Positions 19,625 to 29,700 of a stretch of 64,000 bases of DNA are shown in pieces. The position numbers were made by a program, and so were the translations under genes. The DNA is from Spirochaetia bacterium. GTDB taxonomy: Bacteria > Spirochaetota > Spirochaetia > UBA9216. Position 1 is the first letter of the stretch. Each line of letters begins with the position of its first letter. A model generated the notes under the pieces. That model did no database searches. It was not told where the DNA came from and saw nothing but the letters and a program-made list of their open reading frames with translations. The DNA is taken from the NCBI GenBank assembly GCA_965140585.1, contig OZ223269.1:352001-416000 (forward strand), given 5' to 3'.

Positions 19625-21600
19625 GTTCAGCTTCTGATAAATTTATAGAAATAATATTCAATACTCCGGTTCCCGGAAGCTACACATACAGGGTTCCTGA
19701 AGGTATGGAAATACCTATAGGTGTTCGGGTCGCAGCTCCCTTCGGCAGCAGAAAAATGAATGGTTTTGTGATTAAAACCGGAGTTCCTGAACCTGAGGGT
19801 GATTTTAAAATAAAAGAAATCTCCCGCTGCATTGATAAGGAGCCTGTTTTCTCCAAAAGAGAAGCAGACCTTGCTCAATGGATAGCCGGCATGTATTTCT
19901 GCTCACAGGGTGAAGCATTATCTGCCATGCTGCCCGGAGGTAAACGCGAAAGCCTGATACCCGCACTCGAAGAGTTCAGCCTGCCGGTTAAAAAGGAAAT
20001 TACCCTCTCTGCCGAGCAGAAGTCAGCGATTGACGGAATACTTTCAACCGAGGGAGGGATAAGCTACCTCAGCGGTATAACAGGTTCAGGTAAAACCGAG
20101 GTATTTCTGCGGATTGCCGAAGCGGTTCTTGCAAAGGGGCAGGGGGTTATTTACCTTGTACCGGAGATTTCGCTTACCCATCAGCTTGTCGAAGAAGTAT
20201 CCCACCGCTTCGGGGAAGGAGTGGCAGTTCTTCATTCAAGCCTTACTCCATCCCAGAAACTTGTAGAGTGGATGAAAATTAAGAAGGGTGAAGCCCGTTT
20301 TGTAATCGGTGCCAGGAGTGCCATATTTGCTCCGGTTTCAGATATAGGTCTGATAATAATTGATGAAGAACACGAGGGCGCGTACAAGTCCTCTTCAAAA
20401 CCCCGCTATCATGCCAGACAGGTTGCCATGCGTATAATATCGTCCGAGGGGGCAAGGCTTGTCATGGGCAGCGCCACACCCTCTCTTGAGGCCTGGCATA
20501 TGGTTCGCTCAGGGGTGATTAAGGGCTACAACCTTTCGGCAAGGCTCTCGGGCGGAGCACTCCCTTCGATCGAGCTGATAGATATGAAAAAATATGACGG
20601 CAGTATTTCGGCTCCCCTTGAAAAAGCTCTGCGCGATACCGCGGATGAGGGCAGACAGTCTATATTGTTTCTCAATCGCCGCGGCTTCAGCTATTTTTTT
20701 CACTGCCGCACCTGCGGGTACGAAGCACGCTGCCGAAACTGTTCTGTATCGCTTACATATCATAAACACCGCAACCGTCTGGTCTGTCACTACTGCGGCT
20801 ATTCAGAGAAACCTGTTGATGTATGTCCAGAGTGCGGCTCGCTTGATACCGGCTACTCAGGCTTCGGTACCGAGATGATTGAAGACGATCTGAAGCAGAT
20901 GTTTCCTTCGCTGCGGATTGAACGTGTTGATACTGATTCTGTAAAGCAGCGGGGCAGCCTTAAGGATGTACTTGATCGCTTTAAAAGAGGTGAAATTGAT
21001 ATCCTGCTTGGAACACAGATGGTAGCAAAGGGCTTGAATTTTCCCGGAGTAAAACTTGTGGGAATCGTACTTGCCGATACCGGACTTCATCTGCCGGACT
21101 TCCGTTCCTACGAACGGACCTTCAATCTGATAGTTCAGGTTTCAGGCCGTGCCGGACGATATATACCCGACGGCAGGGTGCTTATTCAGACCTTCAGACC
21201 CGAAAACCAGGCTGTTCAGCTTGCCGCATCAATAGATTCCGAGGCTTTTTACAATAATGAGCTTGAAACAAGAAAAATGCTTGGTTTTCCGCCCTATGCC
21301 CGTCTGTTCAGGATTGTTTTCCGCGGTAAAAATGAGGAGCGGGTTTTTGAAACTGCAGACAGGTTTGCCGCAAGGCTTGATTACGCAAAGGCCGGTATAA
21401 ATGACAATGGTGAAACAGAAACTCTGGGTCCGGCTGAATGCCCTATATCAATGATTGCAGGGAATTACAGGGCTCAGATAATCATCAGAACATCACAGTT
21501 CAACAAGGTTCATTCGCTGCTTTCAGGTGCAATACTTCAGTTTAAGGTTCCCTCGGGAATTTACCTTGAAACGGATGTTGATCCTGTCAGCCTTCTGTAA
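19621..21600 (+). CDS. priA: Primosomal protein N'
   Basis: GITGSGKTE, LVPEI, DEEH, SATPS, four CxxC pairs, GTQMVAKG, QVSGRAGR. Confidence 0.96.
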   Translation: MSSASDKFIEIIFNTPVPGSYTYRVPEGMEIPIGVRVAAPFGSRKMNGFVIKTGVPEPEGDFKIKEISRCIDKEPVFSKREADLAQWIAGMYFCSQGEALSAMLPGGKRESLIPALEEFSLPVKKEITLSAEQKSAIDGILSTEGGISYLSGITGSGKTEVFLRIAEAVLAKGQGVIYLVPEISLTHQLVEEVSHRFGEGVAVLHSSLTPSQKLVEWMKIKKGEARFVIGARSAIFAPVSDIGLIIIDEEHEGAYKSSSKPRYHARQVAMRIISSEGARLVMGSATPSLEAWHMVRSGVIKGYNLSARLSGGALPSIELIDMKKYDGSISAPLEKALRDTADEGRQSILFLNRRGFSYFFHCRTCGYEARCRNCSVSLTYHKHRNRLVCHYCGYSEKPVDVCPECGSLDTGYSGFGTEMIEDDLKQMFPSLRIERVDTDSVKQRGSLKDVLDRFKRGEIDILLGTQMVAKGLNFPGVKLVGIVLADTGLHLPDFRSYERTFNLIVQVSGRAGRYIPDGRVLIQTFRPENQAVQLAASIDSEAFYNNELETRKMLGFPPYARLFRIVFRGKNEERVFETADRFAARLDYAKAGINDNGETETLGPAECPISMIAGNYRAQIIIRTSQFNKVHSLLSGAILQFKVPSGIYLETDVDPVSLL

Positions 21601-23389
21601 GGTAGTCTATGGCGATATGGTCTTTTGATTTTTTTGCCAGAACCTTCAGGGCTGCGATCCGTTCAGAAAAGTTTTCAGATGTATAGTTTTCAGGCACTCC
21701 GTTAATGCAGATTACCGCTGCACTCACCGAAAGCAGCGGCATTTTTGTCATTCTGCCGCTGCGGTTTTTAGCTGTGATGTATCCGTTCAGCCTGTCTTCT
21801 TCCTTGTAGAAGCTCTGGCAGTCACTTTCAAAGCGCTTTATGATGTTTCTTATTTCGTTTACTATTCGGTGCTGATGGTGTGTTGCCATAGAATATCCGG
21901 CAAAGAAATCATCACCGCCGATGTGCCCTATAAATTCCTTGCCGACTTCGCTGTGCTCTCTGAGGATATCAGCAAAAAGTCTTATTATACGGTCTCCCTG
22001 TCTGAACCCGTAGGCATCATTAAAGGGTTTGAAATTGTCGAAATCAAAATATGCAACAATACGGTCATGACCCGATTTTTTTACAAGACCTGCAATGTAG
22101 CTATTAATACTTGAATTCCCCGGAAGCCTTGTTAGAGGGTTCTGGTCCTGTGCAATGGATATTTTTTTCTCGCTGAGAATTCTAAGAATTGCACTTGATT
22201 CAAGAATTCCAACGTATCGGCCGTTTTCTGTAATTATCACACTCTCCAGCTGCTGGTTAAGGCTGTAAAGTTCAAGAATTTTCTCTATAGGTGTAGATAT
22301 CTCCATTACAGGAGCCCTGAATATCAGACTTTCGATTCCCTCACTGTTGGATTTATGCTGCAGAATTGAGATTCCATATGGTGAATATACGTATTTCTTA
22401 AGGTCTTTTTCTCGCAGCAGTCCGATCGGTTCATTGAAATTATTTATAACAGGCAGACAGCAGTAGGTCTGTTCATTCCGGAAAACTTCCAGGATATCTT
22501 CGGTTGAACAGTCGATTAAAACAGGCTGGAGTTTATCGATCTCCTTCCTTATCATATCGGTGTCTCCGTCCTCCTTTCTCTGCTGTTTGACTATGAATCT
22601 CTCAACTTCAGGGTAGGTAAGCTGTAGCTTTGCGGTATCAAGTTCAGGACGCTGAATCAGGTATCCCTGAGCATAGTCGCATCCGATTTCCCTGCAGACG
22701 TAAAACTCTCCGACGGTTTCTATTCCTTCAGCAATTACCGAGAGGCCCATCATGTGGGCCAGGTTAACAACGTTCGCAACAAAGAATTTCTTACGGCTGT
22801 CGCTGTTTATTTTTTCGATGAAAAACCGGTCTATTTTTATATAATCGGATTCACTGTGATATAGCAGGGTGAGTCCGGCATATCCTGAGCCGAAGTCATC
22901 GATTGCCAGACGAAAATTCTGATTTTTGTAATTCTTAAGGATAGAATGGATATCGTTATAGCAATTGAATTCGTGCTTTTCAGAAATTTCAAAGCAGATA
23001 TTGCCCGGATAAAGTCCCATTTTCTGCAGAAATTTACTGGTATTTCCTTCGTTATAATCCGGCATTTCAAGAGTCCGGTTATCAAGATTATAAAAAAGCT
23101 TCAGCTCTGAAAATTCTTTTCTGCTGTAAAGCTTGCTTATAGCAAGCTCTCTAAGGTGTAGATCCAGGCTGTAAAGAGTAGTTTCATTGTAGGCAAGGTC
23201 AAAAAGTTCATTTATTGAACTGAATCCGGCATCGGAGCATCCCCTTAGAAGCGCTTCAAATCCAAGCGTAATACCTGTATGAATATTTACTATAGGCTGA
23301 AAAGCATAATCAAGTTTATCGATATCTTCAGTCCATTTCTCCCGGCAGCATATCCGATCCGGGTCTATATTGGTCAGTACCATGTGCAA
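21587..23389 (-). CDS. EAL-CBS-GGDEF c-di-GMP enzyme
   Basis: FQPI..FEALLR, DDFGSGY, AEGIE, QGY; CBS pair; NPLTRLPGN, DFDNFKPFND.YG, GHIGGDDF. Confidence 0.92.
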   Translation of the reverse strand: MHMVLTNIDPDRICCREKWTEDIDKLDYAFQPIVNIHTGITLGFEALLRGCSDAGFSSINELFDLAYNETTLYSLDLHLRELAISKLYSRKEFSELKLFYNLDNRTLEMPDYNEGNTSKFLQKMGLYPGNICFEISEKHEFNCYNDIHSILKNYKNQNFRLAIDDFGSGYAGLTLLYHSESDYIKIDRFFIEKINSDSRKKFFVANVVNLAHMMGLSVIAEGIETVGEFYVCREIGCDYAQGYLIQRPELDTAKLQLTYPEVERFIVKQQRKEDGDTDMIRKEIDKLQPVLIDCSTEDILEVFRNEQTYCCLPVINNFNEPIGLLREKDLKKYVYSPYGISILQHKSNSEGIESLIFRAPVMEISTPIEKILELYSLNQQLESVIITENGRYVGILESSAILRILSEKKISIAQDQNPLTRLPGNSSINSYIAGLVKKSGHDRIVAYFDFDNFKPFNDAYGFRQGDRIIRLFADILREHSEVGKEFIGHIGGDDFFAGYSMATHHQHRIVNEIRNIIKRFESDCQSFYKEEDRLNGYITAKNRSGRMTKMPLLSVSAAVICINGVPENYTSENFSERIAALKVLAKKSKDHIAIDYLTEG

Positions 23390-23406
23390 ATAGTAAATCT
23401 GTATTG

Positions 23407-23435
23407 TTAGAAAATCATTAGAAATCGGTTAGAAA
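23407..23435. promoter_or_regulatory. Three direct repeats TTAGAAA with 11-bp period upstream of the EAL-CBS-GGDEF gene
   Basis: TTAGAAA at 23407, 23418 and 23429. Confidence 0.5.
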
Positions 23436-23489
23436 GCGGAGTATCTGTATCTACTTTTCAATGAAGAAAATAAATAGTATTATTAAGTT

Positions 23490-23987
23490 ATGATAGAGGT
23501 AGTTACGATTGGTTCGGAGAAAGAACCTGTATTATACAAACAGGCTGCAAGTGTGGCTGATATTGATGAAAAAATTGAACGGCTAGCCCAGGCAATGATA
23601 GAATCCTTAAGTATTTACAAGGGAATAGGTCTTGCCGGTCCGCAGGTGAATGAACAGCTGAGGATCTTTGTCACTCATGCCCAGAATGATATTCCGAGGG
23701 TTTTTATCAACCCCGAAATTATCAGCACATCAGAGGCTCTTGTGCCCTATGAAGAAGGCTGTTTGAGTATTCCCGGAATTTATGCGGATGTTATGAGGCC
23801 TGATCAGATCACCATTCAGGCATGGAATGAAAAGGGAAAGCCTTTTACTCTGGATGCAGACGGAATTCTTGCCAGGGTTATTCAGCATGAATATGATCAC
23901 CTTAGAGGCCGGCTGTTCATCGACAGAATCAATGAAAAGAAACGGGAAAGGCTTTTGAAAATATATCAGAAAAAGGATCGCAAATAA
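23490..23987 (+). CDS. def: Peptide deformylase
   Basis: GIGLAGPQ, EGCLS, QHEYDHL. Confidence 0.96.
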   Translation: MIEVVTIGSEKEPVLYKQAASVADIDEKIERLAQAMIESLSIYKGIGLAGPQVNEQLRIFVTHAQNDIPRVFINPEIISTSEALVPYEEGCLSIPGIYADVMRPDQITIQAWNEKGKPFTLDADGILARVIQHEYDHLRGRLFIDRINEKKRERLLKIYQKKDRK

Positions 23988-23993
23988 CAGGAT

Positions 23994-24950
23994 ATGAGAG
24001 TACTATTTGCAGGAACTCCCGATATAGCTGTTCCCTCTCTGGAGGTGTTAAACCGTAATCATGAGGTTGTTGGTGTTCTGACCAATCCGGACAGGGGCTG
24101 CGGCCGCGGCCGTGAAATAAAGTGCTGCCCGGTGAAGGTGAAGGCCAATGAGCTAGGAATAAGAACTTTTCAGCCTGAAGCTTTTGATGAGGCATTTATC
24201 AACGAAATAAAGGCGTTACAGCCGGATATTCTGGCAGTAACCGCATTTGGAAAAATCTTTAAAAAGGATTTTATTGATGTATTTCCTCAGGGCGGTTTAA
24301 ATGTTCATCCTTCGCTTCTTCCCAAGTACAGGGGGGCCAGTCCAATTCCTGCCGCGCTCATTGCCGGTGAAACAGAGACTGGTGTTTCTATTCAGAGACT
24401 TGCGCTTAAGATGGACAGCGGAGCAATACTAAGTCAGGAACGCTACGTTTATAACGGAACAGAAACTACTGAATGGCTAACCGATTATTTTGCTCATCGC
24501 GGTGCGGAGCTTTTATCTGAAGTTATTACAGACATCGAAAACGGGAATGCTGTTGAACATGAACAGGATGAAAGTCTTGCTACATACTGTTCCTATATAA
24601 ATAAGGAAGACGGTGAAATAGACTGGAACCGCAGCTCCGATCATATAGACAGACAGTTAAGGGCCTTTACACCATGGCCCGGAATCTATACATTTTTTAA
24701 CAGTAAAAAACTTAATATTATAGAAGCTGAGATATATTCAGAAAACCTGCCGGATACCGCCGGAGACTTTATGGATGCAGCTGCTGGAAAGGTTGCTGTA
24801 CCTGATAAAAAGTCTGGAATACTGGTTAAAACCGGAGACGGGTTTATTGCAGTGAAAAAGCTTCAGCTTCAGTCAAAGAAAGCTCTTGGCTGGAAAGATT
24901 TCCTAAATGGTGTTAAAGATTTTACCAACACAGTACTTGGAGGAGAGTAG
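23994..24950 (+). CDS. fmt: Methionyl-tRNA formyltransferase
   Basis: FAGTP, NVHPSLLPKYRGASP, MDSG, RAFTPWPG. Confidence 0.96.
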   Translation: MRVLFAGTPDIAVPSLEVLNRNHEVVGVLTNPDRGCGRGREIKCCPVKVKANELGIRTFQPEAFDEAFINEIKALQPDILAVTAFGKIFKKDFIDVFPQGGLNVHPSLLPKYRGASPIPAALIAGETETGVSIQRLALKMDSGAILSQERYVYNGTETTEWLTDYFAHRGAELLSEVITDIENGNAVEHEQDESLATYCSYINKEDGEIDWNRSSDHIDRQLRAFTPWPGIYTFFNSKKLNIIEAEIYSENLPDTAGDFMDAAAGKVAVPDKKSGILVKTGDGFIAVKKLQLQSKKALGWKDFLNGVKDFTNTVLGGE

Positions 24951-25990
24951 TGGGCCCACTCGGAAACAAATTACAGAACCTTTTATTTGGAAACGGTTCT
25001 GAGGACCCTGAGAAAAAATTTTTCAGGACTTTTATGGTTTTTGCAGTTGTCATTATCATCATAATGCTTATTGCAGGTTTTTCAACATTCTTTCTTTCCC
25101 TTAAGGGCGTTGAACTGACTATGGTCCCTGATATTACAGGACTTGAAGTTGAGAACGCCCTGGTTGAACTCGAAGAAAAGGCGCTTTACTCAAGTGTTCA
25201 GCTTAGATACACACAGAATATTGAAGATAAAGGCCTAGTCGTAGGTCAGGATCCTCAGCCAGGAACAAGCGTTCGTGCAGGTTCAAGGGTTATTTTAAAA
25301 GTGAGCAAGGGCTCTGCTGTAGAAAAGCTTGACGATTATGTAGGCTGGAACGTTGATGATCTGGAAGCACATATAAAGAGCATGGTTTCAATATACGGCC
25401 CGCTTCTGCAGGTTAAAAAGCCGATTACAAGGATTTATGATGAATCACCTGTAGGTACTGTTCTGGTACAGAACCCGGAAGCGGGAACCGAGATCTCCTC
25501 GGCAACTGAACTTGAACTGGTAGTCAGTAAGGGGCCTCAGGGGCAGAGCAGAAAGGTTCTTGATTATTCAAGTCTAACATTCGGTGAGGTTATTGAAAGT
25601 GTTGTAAAGAGCAATATACAGTTTGTATTTACATCGGCTCCTGCAGGGAAAAACGAAGCTCCCGGTACTGTCGTAAGCCAGTCGCCGTCGGCAGATGCTG
25701 AAGTTCCCAACGATACCATAATGCAGTTTGTTATAGCGGCACCTCAGGAAGTCCCGGAGGGTTATGTTTTCGGAATTCTTGAGAGGACACTGCCTGATTA
25801 TCAGGTGCCTGTAACTCTTAAAGTTGATAAGATTACACCGGACGGTGTTAGAACTGAGCTTTTCCAAATGAAGCACAAGGGTGGTCTGATAACAATTCCA
25901 TACTTTGAGCCTGAAAATACGCTTCTTAAGGTAAGCGTTGCTGAAAAGGAAATTATCACATACGCCATCAGGGCTCTGACAACAGATTAA
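24950..25990 (+). CDS. Membrane PASTA-domain protein
   Basis: One TM and three PASTA repeats (VVGQDPQPG, VLVQNPEAG, VVSQSPSA); follows def-fmt. Confidence 0.88.
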   Translation: MGPLGNKLQNLLFGNGSEDPEKKFFRTFMVFAVVIIIIMLIAGFSTFFLSLKGVELTMVPDITGLEVENALVELEEKALYSSVQLRYTQNIEDKGLVVGQDPQPGTSVRAGSRVILKVSKGSAVEKLDDYVGWNVDDLEAHIKSMVSIYGPLLQVKKPITRIYDESPVGTVLVQNPEAGTEISSATELELVVSKGPQGQSRKVLDYSSLTFGEVIESVVKSNIQFVFTSAPAGKNEAPGTVVSQSPSADAEVPNDTIMQFVIAAPQEVPEGYVFGILERTLPDYQVPVTLKVDKITPDGVRTELFQMKHKGGLITIPYFEPENTLLKVSVAEKEIITYAIRALTTD

Positions 25991-26009
25991 AATTATCTAT
26001 TAATAATTG

Positions 26010-26037
26010 AACCCGGGGTTATTCCCGGGTTTTTTTA
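26010..26037 (+). terminator. Intrinsic terminator of def-fmt-PASTA
   Basis: AACCCGGG...CCCGGGTT stem followed by a T run. Confidence 0.85.
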
Positions 26038-26049
26038 ATTACTGCGTTT

Positions 26050-27687
26050 TTACTTTAGGTGGTCATTCAATTGATATATCAATCTGATTACATTACCTGA
26101 AATTTCCAGTACACTTGAATAAGCATTTTCTCTTTCCTGAGCATCCATCTGATTTTTATTGATAATTATATGGTTCACTTCCTTATGAAGTTTTTCATGT
26201 TCTTTCTGCATCTGTAAGAATTCTTTGTAATCATGAACCTTGGAAGAACTGCTTCCATCTATCCATTTCCCCAAATCACATGAGTGATGATCAGAGATTC
26301 TGTTACTGTCCATTTCCAGCTTTCCATCTATAACTGCTCTGGCTCGCATTACCCAGAGCAGGTGCTGAATAATGATTTTTACCGGCTGAAAAGCTTTTTT
26401 ATCCGAACCGAATTCCCAGTTCTGAAATTCCTGGATTTTTTCAAGATATTCTTCATAATTTACGATAGAACCTGATACGGTCATAAATGTAGTATTTATA
26501 TCCTGTGAAATTCGGGATATGGAGCCGATGTTTTCCATACTCTCTTGGCTGGCTTCTACAATCAAACTTATAGAATTTCTTATATCTGCAGAACTGTGGG
26601 TGATTTCTTTCGCCCCGTCCCTTATCATGGACGTTACTTCATTCAATGTATGTGTGGCATCAACTATTTCCATACTTCCAACATTAAGCTCAGAGGTCGC
26701 CTGCAGTATTTCATCAAATGCGGAAACCATTTCCTTTGTTTCATTCCCGATAAGTTCATATGAATCAAGAGCTTCATTTCCTGCTGTTTTAACCCTGGCG
26801 ATGTTATCGATAATGTTCTTAAGTGTTGCTCCGACAAGGGTTGAATTATTGGCTGTAGATTCGGCAAGTTTACGAATTTCTTCAGCTACAACAGCAAAGC
26901 CTCTTCCAGCATCTCCAGCATGTGCAGCCTCTATTGCAGCATTCATTGATAATAAATTGGTCTGACTTGCAATATTGTTGATTACAGAAATGATTTCCTG
27001 AATTGAATCAACACTGTTGTTGACTTCAGATATCAGGCGGTTCATATCTTCCATATGCTCCTGACCAAGGGTTGTTTGGTTGAGCAGCTTAAGTGATGTA
27101 TCTCGTTTTGAATCTGTTATGCCCTTTACGTTATGAATGGATGCATCCATTTCTTCAATGGCGGCTGAGGTTTGGATAACCGAGCTGGACTGATTCTCAA
27201 TCTGCGAACTGAATTCATTCATAGTCTGTGTTATCTGTTCTATTGCTGAGGATGAGTTGAGAAGGTTGTTATTAAGTAGTTCCATACGTTCGGTTATTGT
27301 TCTGACGCTGCCGTTTATTGAAGTCACCAGATATACAGAACGGCTTAGTTCTTCACTGAACACCAATGAAGCAGATTCGTTTTCCCTGATTATTTCATTA
27401 ATGCTGTTTCTTGATTGTTCACAGGAGCTCATATGATCTTTAAGTACGTTAATTGTAGAAACCGACCCGGTAATTCTGCAATTTGAACATAGTCGGTCTG
27501 AAATCAGAGTATCATAAGACTGATTCTTTTTTTGAACCTTGAAAGTCACTGCAGAGAATACAGCGCATAAGACAATAATTGTAATATATGCGGTAATTGA
27601 ACTTTGTTGAGAAAATGGTTCCAGCGCAAACATCAGGACATTGATAATAACAGCAAGTATCGGCAGTACAATAATTAGTTTTTTCAC
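26050..27687 (-). CDS. Methyl-accepting chemotaxis protein with C-terminal CZB domain (copy 1)
   Basis: [38 protein letters not shown]; CZB H..W...HHSCDLGKW...H..LH; two adjacent N-terminal TMs. Confidence 0.93.
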   Translation of the reverse strand: MKKLIIVLPILAVIINVLMFALEPFSQQSSITAYITIIVLCAVFSAVTFKVQKKNQSYDTLISDRLCSNCRITGSVSTINVLKDHMSSCEQSRNSINEIIRENESASLVFSEELSRSVYLVTSINGSVRTITERMELLNNNLLNSSSAIEQITQTMNEFSSQIENQSSSVIQTSAAIEEMDASIHNVKGITDSKRDTSLKLLNQTTLGQEHMEDMNRLISEVNNSVDSIQEIISVINNIASQTNLLSMNAAIEAAHAGDAGRGFAVVAEEIRKLAESTANNSTLVGATLKNIIDNIARVKTAGNEALDSYELIGNETKEMVSAFDEILQATSELNVGSMEIVDATHTLNEVTSMIRDGAKEITHSSADIRNSISLIVEASQESMENIGSISRISQDINTTFMTVSGSIVNYEEYLEKIQEFQNWEFGSDKKAFQPVKIIIQHLLWVMRARAVIDGKLEMDSNRISDHHSCDLGKWIDGSSSSKVHDYKEFLQMQKEHEKLHKEVNHIIINKNQMDAQERENAYSSVLEISGNVIRLIYQLNDHLK

Positions 27688-27763
27688 AAATACCTCTTTA
27701 TTGAGTTAATTTAAATTATATGAGGGTAATATTAGCCTCAGTGTTAAAGTTCAATTAGAAATA

Positions 27764-27778
27764 TGATAATTATTATCA
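27764..27778. promoter_or_regulatory. Fur-box-like 7-1-7 palindrome
   Basis: TGATAAT-t-ATTATCA in the divergent MCP1/hemerythrin 1 spacer. Confidence 0.65.
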
Positions 27779-27977
27779 GAAAATCATTCAATCAGTATCT
27801 TATAATTGTAAAAAATATATTTCGCTCTGTTTAACTGTATAATATTCCCGGATAACCATCGGAATCGCAGCCTGAAAATTAAGCAGTAATATTCGGGGTA
27901 ATATAATTATTCGTTTCAATCGAAAAATCGCACTTTTTTAAGATAAATGTGAATTCAAAAATTTTACATAGTCTGGT

Positions 27978-28006
27978 TTGAATCTGCCTCTCTTATCCAT
28001 TATGCT
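27978..28006 (+). promoter_or_regulatory. Putative sigma70 promoter of hemerythrin 1
   Basis: TTGAAT-17 bp-TATGCT. Confidence 0.45.
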
Positions 28007-28050
28007 ATCAATATAACAATGTAAATCATATTCAAACCGGAGAAATAAAA

Positions 28051-28449
28051 ATGAAATTTATGGAATGGAGTACAAAATTTGAATTGGGAATACCTGACAT
28101 GGATCAGCAGCATCAGAGATGGCTTGAGATTTTAAACAATTTTTATGAGAAACTTGATAATGATGATATGACTGAGAATGTAAAAAAACTGGTTGATGAG
28201 GTATTGGAATATACAAACTATCATTTTACCCAGGAAGAAACCTTCATGGAGTCTATTCATTACCCGGAGATTGACTCGCAAAAGCAGATGCATGCTGAGA
28301 TTATACGTATGATTGAGGGATATCGTCAAAAAGCGGTTGAGGGCAAGGTCATAATCTCAATGACATTAACTGCGGAACTAAAGAAATGGTTTAAAGAACA
28401 CATTCTTATCGAAGATAAGAAGTATTCTGAATTTTTCCTTAACAGGTGA
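28051..28449 (+). CDS. Bacteriohemerythrin, copy 1 (His77 replaced by Gln)
   Basis: W...F.LG...D.QH, HF..EE, YP....QKQMH, W...HI..ED. Confidence 0.9.
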   Translation: MKFMEWSTKFELGIPDMDQQHQRWLEILNNFYEKLDNDDMTENVKKLVDEVLEYTNYHFTQEETFMESIHYPEIDSQKQMHAEIIRMIEGYRQKAVEGKVIISMTLTAELKKWFKEHILIEDKKYSEFFLNR

Positions 28450-28536
28450 ACTACAGGGTGAATCTGTTCATAAATAATTTAGGGATATGATAGAGGATAA
28501 TACAACTTAAAAGAAAATTTTGTTTTTTACCTCTTT

Positions 28537-29172
28537 CTAACAGTATTGTGAATCAATAATTAATTCATTTGGGAAATATGTTCTAAAAAACTCCATCATT
28601 GTATTTTCAAATTGTGAGGTGATGTTATACATTGAATCCAATATCTCCGACTGTTCTTCAGTTAGCTTTGTCTCGCGAAGAATTTCTAATCCACTTAACA
28701 GCACCTGAATATTATTCCCTGTGAAATGGGTTATTTTTTGTAAAATATGGAGCTTATCATCTTCATTGCCCAATTGCCCCAAAATTCCTATATCCAGACT
28801 TTTTAGCCCATTCATTCTCTCTATGTAATCATAAATATTCTTTAACGTAAGGACTCCAATAAATCTTTCATCTTTAATACAAGGTAAGGCTGTGAATCCA
28901 GAATTAAGTAATGATTTAATTGCTTGGTTTATTGGAAGATCAATATTAATAACAGGCTTTCTTTTCAATGTGTCGCCTATCAATACTTTTTGTTTGTCAA
29001 CTAAGTCTTCTTTTGTAAAAACACCGATAAAGCATTCATCCTCCTGAATAACCACAAATGGATAAGTTTTCAATGTTCTGACTGCCGTCTGTGTTGGATC
29101 AAGAGGTGATAGTTTTGGAAAATTTTTCTCTAATAAGTCGTCAATCATTAAATTATTCATCCCCAATTTCAA
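28537..29172 (-). CDS. CBS-pair protein with C-terminal HisKA-like helical hairpin
   Basis: Two CBS motifs (FIGVFTKEDL, FIGVLTLKNI); ITHFTGNNIQVLLSGLEILRETKLTEEQSEILD. Confidence 0.7.
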   Translation of the reverse strand: MKLGMNNLMIDDLLEKNFPKLSPLDPTQTAVRTLKTYPFVVIQEDECFIGVFTKEDLVDKQKVLIGDTLKRKPVINIDLPINQAIKSLLNSGFTALPCIKDERFIGVLTLKNIYDYIERMNGLKSLDIGILGQLGNEDDKLHILQKITHFTGNNIQVLLSGLEILRETKLTEEQSEILDSMYNITSQFENTMMEFFRTYFPNELIIDSQYC

Positions 29173-29503
29173 TATTATCTACATAATACCGGACATTGAA
29201 ATTTATATTGATCGCTTCTGATTCCTCAACGTTTTTGAATACATTCCCTTCCAATACTTTTAGAATTCTTTCAAATGGAATCTTATTTATTAATTTTTTA
29301 TTTATGACTAGAGTTCCAATGTTAGCATATGATTTATTGGTATAGTCAAAATATTCGAATTCATCCGGAACTAAAAATTTAAATGCTTCTAAAATACCCA
29401 ATTTCCCATGTTTATATGCGCTTCCCAGAACCAGAATGTCAGTAACTGGAGGAATTTTAATTGCTTCATAATCAATTCTTACAGAATAACGCGAGTGATT
29501 CAT
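29153..29503 (-). CDS. Hypothetical protein coupled to the CBS protein
   Basis: 116-aa ORF with GAGGAG RBS, overlapping the downstream CBS gene. Confidence 0.7.
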   Translation of the reverse strand: MNHSRYSVRIDYEAIKIPPVTDILVLGSAYKHGKLGILEAFKFLVPDEFEYFDYTNKSYANIGTLVINKKLINKIPFERILKVLEGNVFKNVEESEAININFNVRYYVDNIEIGDE

Positions 29504-29609
29504 AGACTATCTCCTCTCACATTATTTATCGTAAAAGAGTAGTTTTTTGTTTACTAAAAATTACACAATTTGATTTGATTTTGTGAAATTTCGGAAAATA
29601 TGTAACTAG

Positions 29610-29645
29610 ACCCCTTATGTTCAAATGATATCGCATAAAACAAAA
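29610..29645. repeat. ~35-bp direct repeat, copy A
   Basis: ACCCCTTATGTTCAAATGATATCGCATAAAACAAAA; near-identical copy at 36859-36897. Confidence 0.8.
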
Positions 29646-29652
29646 ATTTATA

Positions 29653-29700
29653 AGCGGCTGAGGGGAATCGAACCCCCGTGGCCAGCTTGGGAAGCTGACA
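29653..29700 (-). pseudogene. tRNA-Gly(CCC) 3' half, attachment-site relic
   Basis: Minus strand TGTCAGC-TTCCCAA-GCTGG-CCAC-GGGGG-TTCGATT-CCCCT-CAGCCGC-T: anticodon arm, T arm and 3' acceptor strand. No D arm or 5' acceptor strand upstream. Confidence 0.85.

Noticed and set aside
27972-28041. 12-bp inverted repeat (TCTGGTTTGAAT / ATTCAAACCGGA) around the hemerythrin 1 promoter as an invertible switch
   Set aside because: One mismatch, only 46 bp apart, no invertase in the window, and not seen at copies 2 and 3
29615-29638. TTATGTTCAAAT + GATATCGCATAA resembles XerD and XerC arms of a dif site
   Set aside because: The arms are in the wrong order, there is no 6-bp central spacer, and copy B disrupts the match
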